DNA from: Azolla caroliniana
Taxonomy: Eukaryota; Plantae; Polypodiophyta
Reading direction: 5' to 3'
Assembly: GCA_043228905.1 (NCBI GenBank)
Contig: JBHGNT010000102.1
Coordinates: 1-64,000, forward strand
DNA: 64,000 nucleotides
The position numbers and the translations under genes are program-made. Under the pieces are notes generated by a model. The model did no database searches and was not told the origin of the DNA. It was given only the letters and a program-made list of their open reading frames with translations. Shown piece after piece: positions 37,501-52,500 of the stretch. The stretch's first letter is position 1, and each line of letters opens with the position of its first letter.

Positions 37501-40500
37501 TTACTCACGGGCTCTTCTCAACTCCCTTCTCAAATTTGCTAATTTCTTCATGTCTCTCGACCTGAGTTTCAAAATCTTGATTTTTGAAGTCCATATCATA
37601 GCTAGCATTGTTAGCTTCGATATCCATGTTTGAACACAGAAATCCGTTATCACACGAGCCAGGTATGAACATTTTAATTTACTCACGGGCTCTTCTCAAC
37701 TCCCTCCTCAAATTTGCTAATTTCTTCATGTCTCTCGACCTGAATTTCAAAATCTTGATTTTTTAATTCCATATTATAGCTAGCATTGTTAGCTTCGATA
37801 CACATGTTTGAACACAGAAATCCGATATCACACGAGCGAGGTATGAACATTTTAATTTACTCAGAGGCTCTTCTCAACTCCCTCCTCAATTTTTCTAATT
37901 TCTTCATGTCTCTCGACCTGAATTTCAAAATCTTGATTTTTTAATTCCATATCATAGCTAGCATTGTTAGCTTCGATACGCATGTTTGAACACAAAAATC
38001 CGATATCACACGAGCCTGGTATGAACATTTTCATTTACTCATGGGCTCTTCTCAAGTCCCTCCTCAAATTTGCTAATTTGTTCATGTCTCTCGACCTGAG
38101 TTTCAAAATCTTGATTTCTTAATTCCATAACATAGCTAGCATTGTTAGCTTCGATACGCATGTTTGAACACAGAAATCCGATATCACACGAGCCTGGTAT
38201 GAACATTTTCATTTACTCACGGGCTCTTCTCAAGTCCCTCCTCAAATTTGCTAATTTTTTCATGTCTATCGACCTGAGTTTCAAAACCTTGATTTTTTAA
38301 TTCCATATCATAGCTAGCATCGTTAGCTTCGTTATCCATGTTTGAACACAAAAATCCGATATCACCCGAGCCTGGTATGAACATTTTAATTTACTCACAG
38401 GCTCTTCTCAACTCCCTCCTCAAATTTTCTAATTTCTTCATGTCTCTCGACCTGAATTTCAAAATCTTCATTTTTTAATTCTATATCATAGCTAACATTG
38501 TTAGCTTCGATACGCATGTTTGAACACAAAAATCCGATATAACACGAGCCAGGTATGACCATTTTAATTTACTCACAGGCTCTTCTCAACTCCCTTCTCA
38601 AATTTGGTAATTTCTTCATGTCTTTCGACCTGAGTTTCAAAATCTTGATTTTTTAAGTCCATATCATAGCTAGCATTGTTAGCTTCGATATCCATGTTTG
38701 AACACAGAAATCTGTTATCACACGAGCCAGGTATGAACATTTTAATTTACTCACAGGCTCTTCTCAACTCCCTCCTCAAATTTTCTAATTTCTTCATGTC
38801 TCTCGACCTGAATTTCAAAATCTTCATTTTTTAATTCTATATCATAGCTAACATTGTTAGCTTCGATACGCATGTTTGAACACAAAAATCCGATATAACA
38901 CGAGCCAGGTATGACCATTTTAATTTACTCACGGGCTCTTCTCAACTCCCTCCTCAAATTTGCTAATTTCTTCATGTCTCTCGACCTGAATTTCAAAATC
39001 TTGATTTTTTAATTCCATATTATAGCTAGCATTGTTAGCTTCGATACGCATGTTTGAACACAGAAATCCGATATCACACGAGCCTGGTATGAACATTTTC
39101 ATTTACTCACGGGCTCTTCTCAAGTCCCTCCTCAAATTTGCTAATTTGTTCATGTCTCTCGACCTGAGTTTCAAAATCTTGATTTCTTAATTCTATAACA
39201 TAGCTAGCATTGTTAGCTTCGATACGCATGTTTGAACACAGAAATCCGATATCACACGAGCCTGGTATGAACATTTTCATTTACTCACGGGCTCTTCTCA
39301 AGTCCCTCCTCAAATTTGCTAATTTTTTCATGTCTATCGACCTGAGTTTCAAAATCTTGATTTTTTAATTCCATATCATAGCTAGCTTTGTTAGCTTCGA
39401 TTCGCATGTTTTAACACAAAAATCCGATATAACACGAGCCAGGTATGACCATTTTAATTTACTCACGGGCTCTTCTCAACTCCCTTCTCAAATTTGCTAA
39501 TTTCTTCATGTCTCTCGACCTGAGTTTCAAAATCTTGATTTTTTAAGTCCATATCATAGCTAGCATTGTTAGCTTCGATATCCATGTTTGAACACAGAAA
39601 TCCGTTATCACACGAGCCAGGTATGAACATTTTAATTTACTCACGGGCTCTTCTCAACTCCCTCCTCAAATTTGCTAATTTCTTCATGTCTCTCGACCTG
39701 AATTTCAAAATCTTGATTTTTTAATTCCATATTATAGCTAGCATTGTTAGCTTCGATACGCATGTTTGAACACAGAAATCCGATATCACACGAGCCTGGT
39801 ATGAACATTTTCATTTACTCACGGGCTCTTCTCAAGTCCCTCCTCAAATTTGCTAATTTTTTCATGTCTCTCGACCTGAGTTTCAAAATCTTGATTTTTT
39901 AATTCTATATCATAGCTAGCATTGTTAGCTTCGATACGCATGTTTGAACACAGAAATCCGTTATCACACGAGCCTGGTATAAACATTTTTATTTACTCAC
40001 AGGCTCTTCTCAACTCCCTCCTCAAATATGCTAATTTCTTCATGTCTCTCGACCTGAGTTTCAAAATCTTGTTTTTTTAATTCCATAACATAGCTAGCAT
40101 TGTTAGCTTCGATACGCATGTTTCAACACAGAAATCCGATATCACACGAGGCAGGTATGACCATTTTAATTTACCCACGGGCTCTTCTCAACTCCCTCAT
40201 CAAATTTGCTAATATCTTCATGTCTCTCGACCTGAGTTTCAAAATCTTGATTTTTTAAGTCCATATCATAGCTAGCATCGTTAGCTTCGTTATCCATGTT
40301 TGAACACAAAAATCCGATATCACCCGAGCCTGGTATGAACATTTTAATTTACTCACAGGCTCTTCTCAACTCCCTCCTCAAATTTGCTAATTTCTTCATG
40401 TCTCTCGACCTGAGTTTCAAAATCTTGATTTTTTAATTCTATATCATAGCTAACATTGTTATCTTCGATACGCATGTTTGAACACAAAAATCCGTTATCA

Positions 40501-43500
40501 CACGAGCCAGGTATGAACATTTTAATTTACTCACAGGCTCTGCTCAACTCCCTCCTCAAATTTGCTAATTTCTTCATGTCTCTCGACCTGAATTTCAAAA
40601 TCTTGATTTTTTAATTCCATATCATAGCTAGCATTGTTAGCTTCGATACGCATGTTTGAACACAAAAATCCGATATCACACGAGCGAGGTATGAACATTT
40701 CCATTTACTCACAGGCTCTTCTCAACTCCCTCCTCAATTTTTCTAATTTCTTCATGTCTCTCGACCTGAATTTCAAAATCTTGATTTTTTAATTCCATAT
40801 CATAGCTAGCTTTGTTAGCTTCGATTCGCATGTTTTAACACAAAAATCCGATATAACACGAGCCAGGTATGACCATTTTAATTTACTCACGGGCTCTTCT
40901 CAACTCCCTTCTCAAATTTGGTAATTTCTTCATGTCTCTCGACCTGAGTTTCAAAATCTTGATTTTTTAAGTCCATATCATAGCTAGCATTGTTAGCTTC
41001 GATATCCATGTTTGAACACAGAAATCTGTTATCACACGAGCCAGGTATGAACATTTTAATTTACTCACGGGCTCTTCTCAACTCCCTCCTCAAATTTGCT
41101 AATTTCTTCATGTCTCTCGACCTGAATTTCAAAATCTTGATTTTTTAATTCCATATTATAGCTAGCATTGTTAGCTTCGATACGCATGTTTGAACACAGA
41201 AATCCGATATCACACGAGCCTGGTATGAACATTTTCATTTACTCACGGGCTCTTCTCAAGTCCCTCCTCAAATTTGCTAATTTTTTCATGTCTCTCGACC
41301 TGAGTTTCAAAATCTTGATTTTTTAATTCTATATCATAGCTAGCATTGTTAGCTTCGATACGCATGTTTGAACACAGAAATCCGTTATCACACGAGCCTG
41401 GTATAAACATTTTAATTTACTCACAGGCTCTTCTCAACTCCCTCCTGAAATATGCTAATTTCTTCATGTCTCTCGACCTGAGTTTCAAAATCTTGTTTTT
41501 TTAATTCCATAACATAGCTAGCATTGTTAGCTTCGATACGCATGTTTCAACACAGAAATCCGATATCACACGAGGCAGGTATGACCATTTTAATTTACCC
41601 ACGGGCTCTTCTCAACTCCCTCATCAAATTTGCTAATATCTTCATGTCTCTCGACCTGAGTTTCAAAATCTTGATTTTTTAAGTCCATATCATAGCTAGC
41701 ATCGTTAGCTTCGTTATCCATGTTTGAACACAAAAATCCGATATCACCCGAGCCTGGTATGAACATTTTAATTTACTCACAGGCTCTTCTCAACTCCCTC
41801 CTCAAATTTGCTAATTTCTTCATGTCTCTCGACCTGAGTTTCAAAATCTTGATTTTTTAATTCTATATCATAGCTAACATTGTTAGCTTCGATACGCATG
41901 TTTGAACACAAAAATCCGTTATCACACGAGCCAGGTATGAACATTTTAATTTACTCACAGGCTCTTCTCAACTCCCTCCTCAAATTTGCTAATTTCTTCA
42001 TGTCTCTCGACCTGAATTTCAAAATCTTGATTTTTTAATTCCATATCATAGCTAGCATTGTTAGCTTCGATACGCATGTTTGAACACAAAAATCCGATAT
42101 CACACGAGCGAGGTATGAACATTTCCATTTACTCACAGGCTCTTCTCAACTCCCTCCTCAATTTTTCTAATTTCTTCATGTCTCTCGACCTGAATTTCAA
42201 AATCTGGATTTCTTAATTCCATAACATAGCTAGCATTGTTAGCTTCGATACTTATGTTTGAACACAGAAATCCGATATCACACGAGCCTGGTATGAACAT
42301 TTTCATTTACTCACGGGCTCTTCTCAAGTCCCTCCTCAAATTTGCTAATTTCTTCATGTCTCTCGACCTGAGTTTCAAAATCTTGATTTTTTAATTCTAT
42401 ATCATAGCTAGCATTGTTAGCTTCGATACGCATGTTTGAACACAGAAATCCGTTATCACACGAGCCTGGTATAAACATTTTAATTTACTCACAGGCTCTT
42501 CTCAACTCCCTCCTCAAATATGCTAATTTCTTCATGTCTCTCGACCTGAGTTTCAAAATCTTGTTTTTTTAATTCCATAACATAGCTAGCATTGTTAGCT
42601 TCGATACGCATGTTTCAACACAGAAATCCGATATCACACGAGGCAGGTATGACCATTTTAATTTACCCACGGGCTCTTCTCAACTCCCTCATCAAATTTG
42701 CTAATATCTTCATGTCTCTCGACCTGAGTTTCAAAATCTTGATTTTTTAAGTCCATATCATAGCTAGCATCGTTAGCTTCGTTATCCATGTTTGAACACA
42801 AAAATCCGATATCACCCGAGCCTGGTATGAACATTTTAATTTACTCACAGGCTCTTCTCAACTCCCTCCTCAAATTTTCTAATTTCTTCATGTCTCTCGA
42901 CCTGAATTTCAAAATCTTCATTTTTTAATTCTATATCATAGCTAACATTGTTAGCTTCGATACGCATGTTTGAACACAAAAATCCGATATAACACGAGCC
43001 AGGTATGACCATTTTAATTTACTCACAGGCTCTTCTCAACTCCCTTCTCAAATTTGGTAATTTCTTCATGTCTTTCGACCTGAGTTTCAAAATCTTGATT
43101 TTTTAAGTCCATATCATAGCTAGCATTGTTAGCTTCGATATCCATGTTTGAACACAGAAATCTGTTATCACACGAGCCAGGTATGAACATTTTAATTTAC
43201 TCACGGGCTCTTCTCAACTCCCTCCTCAAATTTGCTAATTTCTTCATGTCTCTCGACCTGAATTTCAAAATCTTGATTTTTTAATTCCATATTATAGCTA
43301 GCATTGTTAGCTTCGATACGCATGTTTGAACACAGAAATCCGATATCACACGAGCCTGGTATGAACATTTTCATTTACTCACGGGCTCTTCTCAAGTCCC
43401 TCCTCAAATTTGCTAATTTGTTCATGTCTCTCGACCTGAGTTTCAAAATCTTGATTTCTTAATTCTATAACATAGCTAGCATTGTTAGCTTCGATACGCA

Positions 43501-46500
43501 TGTTTGAACACAGAAATCCGATATCACACGAGCCTGGTATGAACATTTTCATTTACTCACGGGCTCTTCTCAAGTCCCTCCTCAAATTTGCTAATTTTTT
43601 CATGTCTATCGACCTGAGTTTCAAAATCTTGATTTTTTAATTCCATATCATAGCTAGCTTTGTTAGCTTCGATTCGCATGTTTTAACACAAAAATCCGAT
43701 ATAACACGAGCCAGGTATGACCATTTTAATTTACTCACGGGCTCTTCTCAACTCCCTTCTCAAATTTGGTAATTTCTTCATGTCTCTCGACCTGAGTTTC
43801 AAAATCTTGATTTTTTAAGTCCATATCATAGCTAGCATTGTTAGCTTCGATATCCATGTTTGAACACAGAAATCTGTTATCACACGAGCCAGGTATGAAC
43901 ATTTTAATTTACTCACGGGCTCTTCTCAACTCCCTCCTCAAATTTGCTAATTTCTTCATGTCTCTCGACCTGAATTTCAAAATCTTGATTTTTTAATTCC
44001 ATATTATAGCTAGCATTGTTAGCTTCGATACGCATGTTTGAACACAGAAATCCGATATCACACGAGCTTGGTATGAACATTTTCATTTACTCACGGGCTC
44101 TTCTCAAGTCCCTCCTCAAATTTGCTAATTTTTTCATGTCTCTCGACCTGAGTTTCAAAATCTTGATTTTTTAATTCTATATCATAGCTAGCATTGTTAG
44201 CTTCGATACGCATGTTTGAACACAAAAATCCGATATCACACAAGCCTGGTATGAACATTTTCATTTACTCACGGGCTCTTCTCAACTCCCTCCTCAAATA
44301 TGCTAATTTCTTCATGTCTCTCGAGCTGAGTTTCCAAATCTTGTTTTTTTAATTCCATATCATAGCTAGCATTGTTAGCTTCGATACGCATGTTTCAACA
44401 CAGAAATCCGATATCACACGAGCCAGGTATGACCATTTTCATTTACCCACGGGCTCTTCTCAACTCCCTCCTCAAATTTGCTAATTTCTTCATGTCTCTC
44501 GACCTGAGTTTCAAAATCTTGATTTTTTAAGTCCATATCATAGCTAGCATTGTTATCTTCGTTATCCATGTTTGAACACAAAAATCCGATATCACCCGAG
44601 CCTGGTATGAACATTTTCATTTACTCACAGGCTCTTCTCAACTCCCTCCTCAAATTTGCTAATTTCTTCATGTCTCTCGACCTGAGTTTCAAAATCTTGA
44701 TTTTTTAATTCTATATCATAGCTAGCATTGTTAGCTTCGATACGCATGTTTGAACACAGAAATCCGATATCACACGAGCCAGGTATGACCATTTTAATTT
44801 ACTCAGAGGCTCTTCTCAACTCCCTCCTCAAATTTGCTAATTTCTTCATGTCTCTCGACCTGAGTTTCAAAATCTTGATTTTTTAAGTCCATATCATAGC
44901 TAGCATTGTTATCTTCGTTATCCATGTTTGAACACAAAAATCCGATATCACACGAGCCTGGTATGAACATTTTCATTTACTCACAGGCTCTTCTCAATTC
45001 CCTCCTCAAATTTGCTAATTTGTTCATGTCTCTCGACCTGAGTTTCAAAATCTTGATTTCTTAATTCCATATCATAGCTAACATTGTTAGCTTCGATACG
45101 CATGTTTGAACACAAAAATCCGTTATCACACGAGCCAGGTATGAATCTTCTCAACTCCCTCCTCAAATTTGCTAATTTTTTCATGTCGATCGACCTGAGT
45201 TTCAAAATCTTGATTTTTTAATTCCATATCATAGCTAGCATTGTTAGCTTCGATTCGCATGTTTTAACACAGAAATCCGATATCACACGAGCCTGGTATG
45301 AACATTTTCATTTACTCACGGGCTCTTCTCAAGTCCCTCCTCAAATTTGCTAATTTTTTCATGTCTCTCGACCTGAGTTTCAAAATCTTGATTTTTTAAT
45401 TCTATATCATAGCTAGCATTGTTAGCTTCGATACGCATGTTTGAACACAAAAATCCGATATCACACGAGCCTGGTATGAACATTTTCATTTACTCACGGG
45501 CTCTTCTCAACTCCCTCCTCAAATATGCTAATTTCTTCATGTCTCTCGACCTGAGTTTCCAAATCTTGTTTTTTTAATTCCATATCATAGCTAGCATTGT
45601 TAGCTTCGATACGCATGTTTCAACACAGAAATCCGATATCACACGAGCCAGGTATGACCATTTTCATTTACCCACGGGCTCTTCTCAACTCCCTCCTCAA
45701 ATTTGCTAATTTCTTCATGTCTCTCGACCTGAGTTTCAAAATCTTGATTTTTTAAGTCCATATCATAGCTAGCATTGTTATCTTCGTTATCCATGTTTGA
45801 ACACAAAAATCCGATATCACCCGAGCCTGGTATGAACATTTTCATTTACTCACAGGCTCTTCTCAACTCCCTCCTCAAATTTGCTAATTTCTTCATGTCT
45901 CTCGACCTGAGTTTCAAAATCTTAATTTTTTAATTCCATATTATAGCTAGCATTGTTAGCTTCGATACGCATGTTTGAACACAGAAATCCGATATCACAC
46001 GAGCCTGGTATGAACATTTTCATTTACTCACGGGCTCTTCTCAAGTCCCTCCTCAAATTTGCTAATTTTTTCATGTCTCTCGACCTGAGTTTCAAAATCT
46101 TGATTTTTTAATTCTATATCATAGCTAGCATTGTTAGCTTCGATACGCATGTTTGAACACAGAAATCCGTTATCACACGAGCCTGGTATAAACATTTTAA
46201 TTTACTCACAGGCTCTTCTCAACTCCCTCCTCAAATATGCTAATTTCTTCATGTCTCTCGACCTGAGTTTCAAAATCTTGTTTTTTTAATTCCATATCAT
46301 AGCTAGCATTGTTAGCTTCGATACGCATGTTTCAACACAGAAATCCGATATCACACGAGCCAGGTATGACCATTTTAATTTACCCACGGGCTCTTCTCAA
46401 CTCCCTCCTCAAATTTGCTAATTTCTTCATGTCTCTCGACCTGAGTTTCAAAATCTTGATTTTTTAAGTCCATATTATAGCTAGCATTGTTAGCTTCGTT

Positions 46501-49500
46501 ATCCATGTTTGAACACAAAAATCCGATATCACCCGAGCCTGGTATGAACATTTTAATTTACTCACAGGCTCTTCTCAACTCCCTCCTCAAATTTGCTAAT
46601 TTCTTCATGTCTCTCGATCTGAGTTTCAAAATCTTGATTTTTTAATTCTATATCATAGCTAACATTGTTAGCTTCGATACGCATGTTTGAACACAAAAAT
46701 CCGATATCACCCGAGCCTGGTATGAACATTTTCATTTACTCACAGGCTCTTCTCAACTCCCTCCTCAAATTTGCTAATTTCTTCATGTCTCTCGACCTGA
46801 GTTTCAAAATCTTGATTTTTTAATTCCATATCATAGCTAGCTTTGTTAGCTTCGATTCGCATGTTTTAACACAAAAATCCGATATAACACGAGCCAGGTA
46901 TGACCATTTTAATTTACTCACGGGCTCTTCTCAACTCCCTTCTCAAATTTGCTAATTTCTTCATGTCTCTCGACCTGAGTTTCAAAATCTTGATTTTTTA
47001 AGTCCATATCATAGCTAGCATTGTTAGCTTCGATATCCATGTTTGAACACAGAAATCCGTTATCACACGAGCCAGGTATGAACATTTTAATTTACTCACG
47101 GGCTCTTCTCAACTCCCTCCTCAAATTTGCTAATTTCTTCATGTCTCTCGACCTGAATTTCAAAATCTTAATTTTTTAATTCCATATTATAGCTAGCATT
47201 GTTAGCTTCGATACGCATGTTTGAACACAGAAATCCGATATCACACGAGCCTGGTATGAACATTTTCATTTACTCACGGGCTCTTCTCAAGTCCCTCCTC
47301 AAATTTGCTAATTTTTTCATGTCTCTCGACCTGAGTTTCAAAATCTTGATTTTTTAATTCTATATCATAGCTAGCATTGTTAGCTTCGATACGCATGTTT
47401 GAACACAAAAATCCGATATCACACGAGCCTGGTATGAACATTTTCATTTACTCACGGGCTCTTCTCAACTCCCTCCTCAAATATGCTAATTTCTTCATGT
47501 CTCTCGACCTGAGTTTCCAAATCTTGTTTTTTTAATTCCATATCATAGCTAGCATTGTTAGCTTCGATACGCATGTTTCAACACAGAAATCCGATATCAC
47601 ACGAGCCAGGTATGACCATTTTCATTTACCCACGGGCTCTTCTCAACTCCCTCCTCAAATTTGCTAATTTCTTCATGTCTCTCGACCTGAGTTTCAAAAT
47701 CTTGATTTTTTAAGTCCATATCATAGCTAGCATTGTTATCTTCGTTATCCATGTTTGAACACAAAAATCCGATATCACCCGAGCCTGGTATGAACATTTT
47801 CATTTACTCACAGGCTCTTCTCAATTCCCTCCTCAAATTTGCTAATTTCTTCATGTCTCTCGACCTGAGTTTCAAAATCTTGATTTTTTAATTCTATATC
47901 ATAGCTAACATTGTTAGCTTCGATACGCATGTTTGAACACAAAAATCCGTTATCACACGAGCCAGGTATGAACATTTTCATTTACTCACGGGCTCTTCTC
48001 AACTCCCTCCTCAAATATGCTAATTTCTTCATGTCTCTCGACCTGAGTTTCCAAATCTTGTTTTTTTAATTCCATATCATAGCTAGCATTGTTAGCTTCG
48101 ATACGCATGTTTCAACACAGAAATCCGATATCACACGAGCCTGGTATGAACATTTTCATTTACTCACGGGCTCTTCTCAACTCCCTCCTCAAATATGCTA
48201 ATTTCTTCATGTCTCTCGACCTGAGTTTCCAAATCTTGTTTTTTTAATTCCATATCATAGCTAGCATTGTTAGCTTCGATACGCATGTTTCAACACAGAA
48301 ATCCGATATCACACGAGCCAGGTATGACCATTTTCATTTACCCACGGGCTCTTCTCAACTCCCTCCTCAAATTTGCTAATTTCTTCATGTCTCTCGACCT
48401 GAGTTTCAAAATCTTGATTTTTTAAGTCCATATCATAGCTAGCATTGTTATCTTCGTTATCCATGTTTGAACACAAAAATCTGATATCACCCGAGCCTGG
48501 TATGAACATTTTCATTTACTCACAGGCTCTTCTCAATTCCCTCCTCAAATTTGCTCATTTCTTCATGTCTCTCGACCTGAGTTTCAAAATCTTGATTTTT
48601 TAATTCTATATCATAGCTAACATTGTTAGCTTCGATACGCATGTTTGAACACAAAAATCCGTTATCACACGAGCCAGGTATGAACATTTTAATTTACTCA
48701 CAGGCTCTTCTCAACTCCCTCCTCAAATTTGCTAATTTCTTCATGTCTCTCGACCTGAATTTCAAAATCTTGATTTTTTAATTCCATATTATAGCTAGCA
48801 TTGTTAGCTTCGATACGCATGTTTCAACACAGAAATCCGATATCACACGAGCCTGGTATGAACATTTTCATTTACTCACGGGCTCTTCTCAAGTCCCTCC
48901 TCAAATTTGCTAATTTTTTCATGTCTCTCGACCTGAGTTTCAAAATCTTGATTTTTTAATTCCATATCATAGCTAGCTTTGTTAGCTTCGATTCGCATGT
49001 TTTAACACAAATATCCGATATAACACGAGCCAGGTATGACCATTTTAATTTACTCACGGGCTCTTCTCAAATCCCTTCTCAAATTTGCTAATTTCTTCAT
49101 GTCTCTCGACCTGAGTTTCAAAATCTTGATTTTTGAAGTTCATATCATAGCTAGCATTGTTAGCTTCGATATCCGTGTTTGAACACAGAAATCCGTTATC
49201 ACACGAGCCAGGTATGAACATTTTAATTTACTCACGGGCTCTTCTCAACTCCCTCCTCAAATTTGCTAATTTCTTCATGTCTCTCGACCTGAATTTCAAA
49301 ATCTTGATTTTTTAATTCCATATTATAGCTAGCATTGTTAGCTTCGATATACATGTTTGAACACAGAAATCCGATATCACACGAGCGAGGTATGAACATT
49401 TTAATTTACTCAGAGGCTCTTCTCAACTCCCTCCTCAATTTTTCTAATTTCTTCATGTCTCTCGACCTGAATTTCAAAATCTTGATTTTTTAATTCCATA

Positions 49501-52500
49501 TCATAGCTAGCATTGTTAGCTTCGATACGCATGTTTGAACACAAAAATCCGATATCACACGAGCCTGGTATGAACATTTTCATTTACTCACGGGCTCTTC
49601 TCAAGTCCCTCCTCAAATTTGCTAATTTGTTCATGTCTCTCGACCTGAGTTTCAAAATCTTGATTTCTTAATTCCATAACATAGCTAGCATTGTTAGCTT
49701 CGATACGCATGTTTGAACACAGAAATCCGATATCACACGAGCCTGGTATGAACATTTTCATTTACTCACGGGCTCTTCTCAAGTCCCTCCTCAAATTTGC
49801 TAATTTTTTCATGTCTATCGACCTGAGTTTCAAAATCTTGATTTTTTAATTCCATATCATAGCTAGCTTTGTTAGCTTCGATTCGCATGTTTTAACACAA
49901 AAATCCGATATAACACGAGCCAGGTATGACCATTTTAATTTACTCACGGGCTCTTCTCAACTCCCTTCTCAAATTTGGTAATTTCTTCATGTCTCTCGAC
50001 CTGAGTTTCAAAATCTTGATTTTTTAAGTCCATATCATAGCTAGCATTGTTAGCTTCGATATCCATGTTTGAATACAGAAATCTGTTATCACACGAGCCA
50101 GGTATGAACATTTTAATTTACTCACGGGCTCTTCTCAACTCCCTCCTCAAATTTGCTAATTTCTTCATGTCTCTCGACCTGAATTTCAAAATCTTGATTT
50201 TTTAATTCCATATTATAGCTAGCATTGTTAGCTTCGATACGCATGTTTGAACACAGAAATCCGATATCACACGAGCCTGGTATGAACATTTTCATTTACT
50301 CACGGGCTCTTCTCAAGTCCCTCCTCAAATTTGCTAATTTTTTCATGTCTCTCGACCTGAGTTTCAAAATCTTGATTTTTTAATTCTATATCATAGCTAG
50401 CATTGTTAGCTTCGATACGCATGTTTGAACACAAAAATCCGATATCACACGAGCCTGGTATGAACATTTTCATTTACTCACGGGCTCTTCTCAACTCCCT
50501 CCTCAAATATGCTAATTTCTTCATGTCTCTCGACCTGAGTTTCCAAATCTTGTTTTTTTAATTCCATATCATAGCTAGCATTGTTAGCTTCGATACGCAT
50601 GTTTCAACACAGAAATCCGATATCACACGAGCCAGGTATGACCATTTTCATTTACCCACGGGCTCTTCTCAACTCCCTCCTCAAATTTGCTAATTTCTTC
50701 ATGTCTCTCGACCTGAGTTTCAAAATCTTGATTTTTTAAGTCCATATCATAGCTAGCATTGTTATCTTCGTTATCCATGTTTGAACACAAAAATCCGATA
50801 TCACCCGAGCCTGGTATGAACATTTTCATTTACTCACAGGCTCTTCTCAATTCCCTCCTCAAATTTGCTAATTTCTTCATGTCTCTCGACCTGAGTTTCA
50901 AAATCTTGATTTTTTAATTCTATATCATAGCTAACATTGTTAGCTTCGATACGCATGTTTGAACACAAAAATCCGTTATCACACGAGCCAGGTATGAACA
51001 TTTTAATTTACTCACAGGCTCTTCTCAACTCCCTCCTCAAATTTGCTAATTTCTTCATGTCTCTCGACCTGAATTTCAAAATCTTGATTTTTTAATTCCA
51101 TATTATAGCTAGCATTGTTAGCTTCGATACGCATGTTTGAACACAGAAATCCGATATCACACGAGCCTGGTATGAACATTTTCATTTACTCACGGGCTCT
51201 TCTCAAGTCCCTCCTCAAATTTGCTAATTTTTCATGTCTGTCGACCTGAGTTTCAAAATCTTGATTTTTTAATTCTATATCATAGCTAGCATTGTTAGCT
51301 TCGATACGCATGTTTGAACACAAAAATCCGATATCACACGAGCCTGGTATGAACATTTTCATTTACTCACGGGCTCTTCTCAACTCCCTCCTCAAATATG
51401 CTAATTTCTTCATGTCTCTCGACCTGAGTTTCCAAATCTTGTTTTTTTAATTCCATATCATAGCTAGCATTGTTAGCTTCGATACGCATGTTTCAACACA
51501 GAAATCCGATATCACACGAGCCAGGTATGACCATTTTCATTTACCCACGGGCTCTTCTCAACTCCCTCCTCAAATTTGCTAATTTCTTCATGTCTCTCGA
51601 CCTGAGTTTCAAAATCTTGATTTTTTAAGTCCATATCATAGCTAGCAGTGTTATCTTCGTTATCCATGTTTGAACACAACAATCCGATATCACCCGAGCC
51701 TGGTATGAACATTTTCATTTACTCACAGGCTCTTCTCAACTCCCTCCTCAAATTTGCTAATTTCTTCATGTCTCTCGACCTGAGTTTCAAAATCTTGATT
51801 TTTTAATTCTATATCATAGCTAACATTGTTAGCTTCGATACGCATGTTTGAACACAAAAATCCGTTATCACACGAGCCAGGTATGAACATTTTAATTTAC
51901 TCACAGGCTCTTCTCAACTCCCTCCTCAAATTTGCTAATTTCTTCATGTCTCTCGACCTGAATTTCAAAATCTTGATTTTTAAATTCCATATCATAGCTA
52001 GCATTGTTAGCTTCGATACGCATTTTCGAACACAAAAATCCGATATCACACGAGCGAGGTATGAACATTTTAATTTACTCACAGGCTCTTCTCAACTCCC
52101 TCCTCAAATTTGCTAATTTCTTCATGTCTCTCGACCTGAGTTTCAAAATCTTGATTTTTTAATTCTATATCATAGCTAACATTGTTAGCTTCGATACGCA
52201 TGTTTGAACACAAAAATCCGTTATCACACGAGCCAGGTATGAACATTTTAATTTACTCACAGGCTCTTCTCAACTCCCTCCTCAAATTTGCTAATTTCTT
52301 CATGTCTCTCGACCTGAATTTCAAAATCTTGATTTTTAAATTCCATATCATAGCTAGCATTGTTAGCTTCGATACGCATGTTTGAACACAAAAATCCGAT
52401 ATCACACGAGCGAGGTATGAACATTTTAATTTACTCACAGGCTCTTCTCAACTCCCTCCTCAAATTTGCTAATTTCTTCATGTCTCTCGACCTGAGTTTC

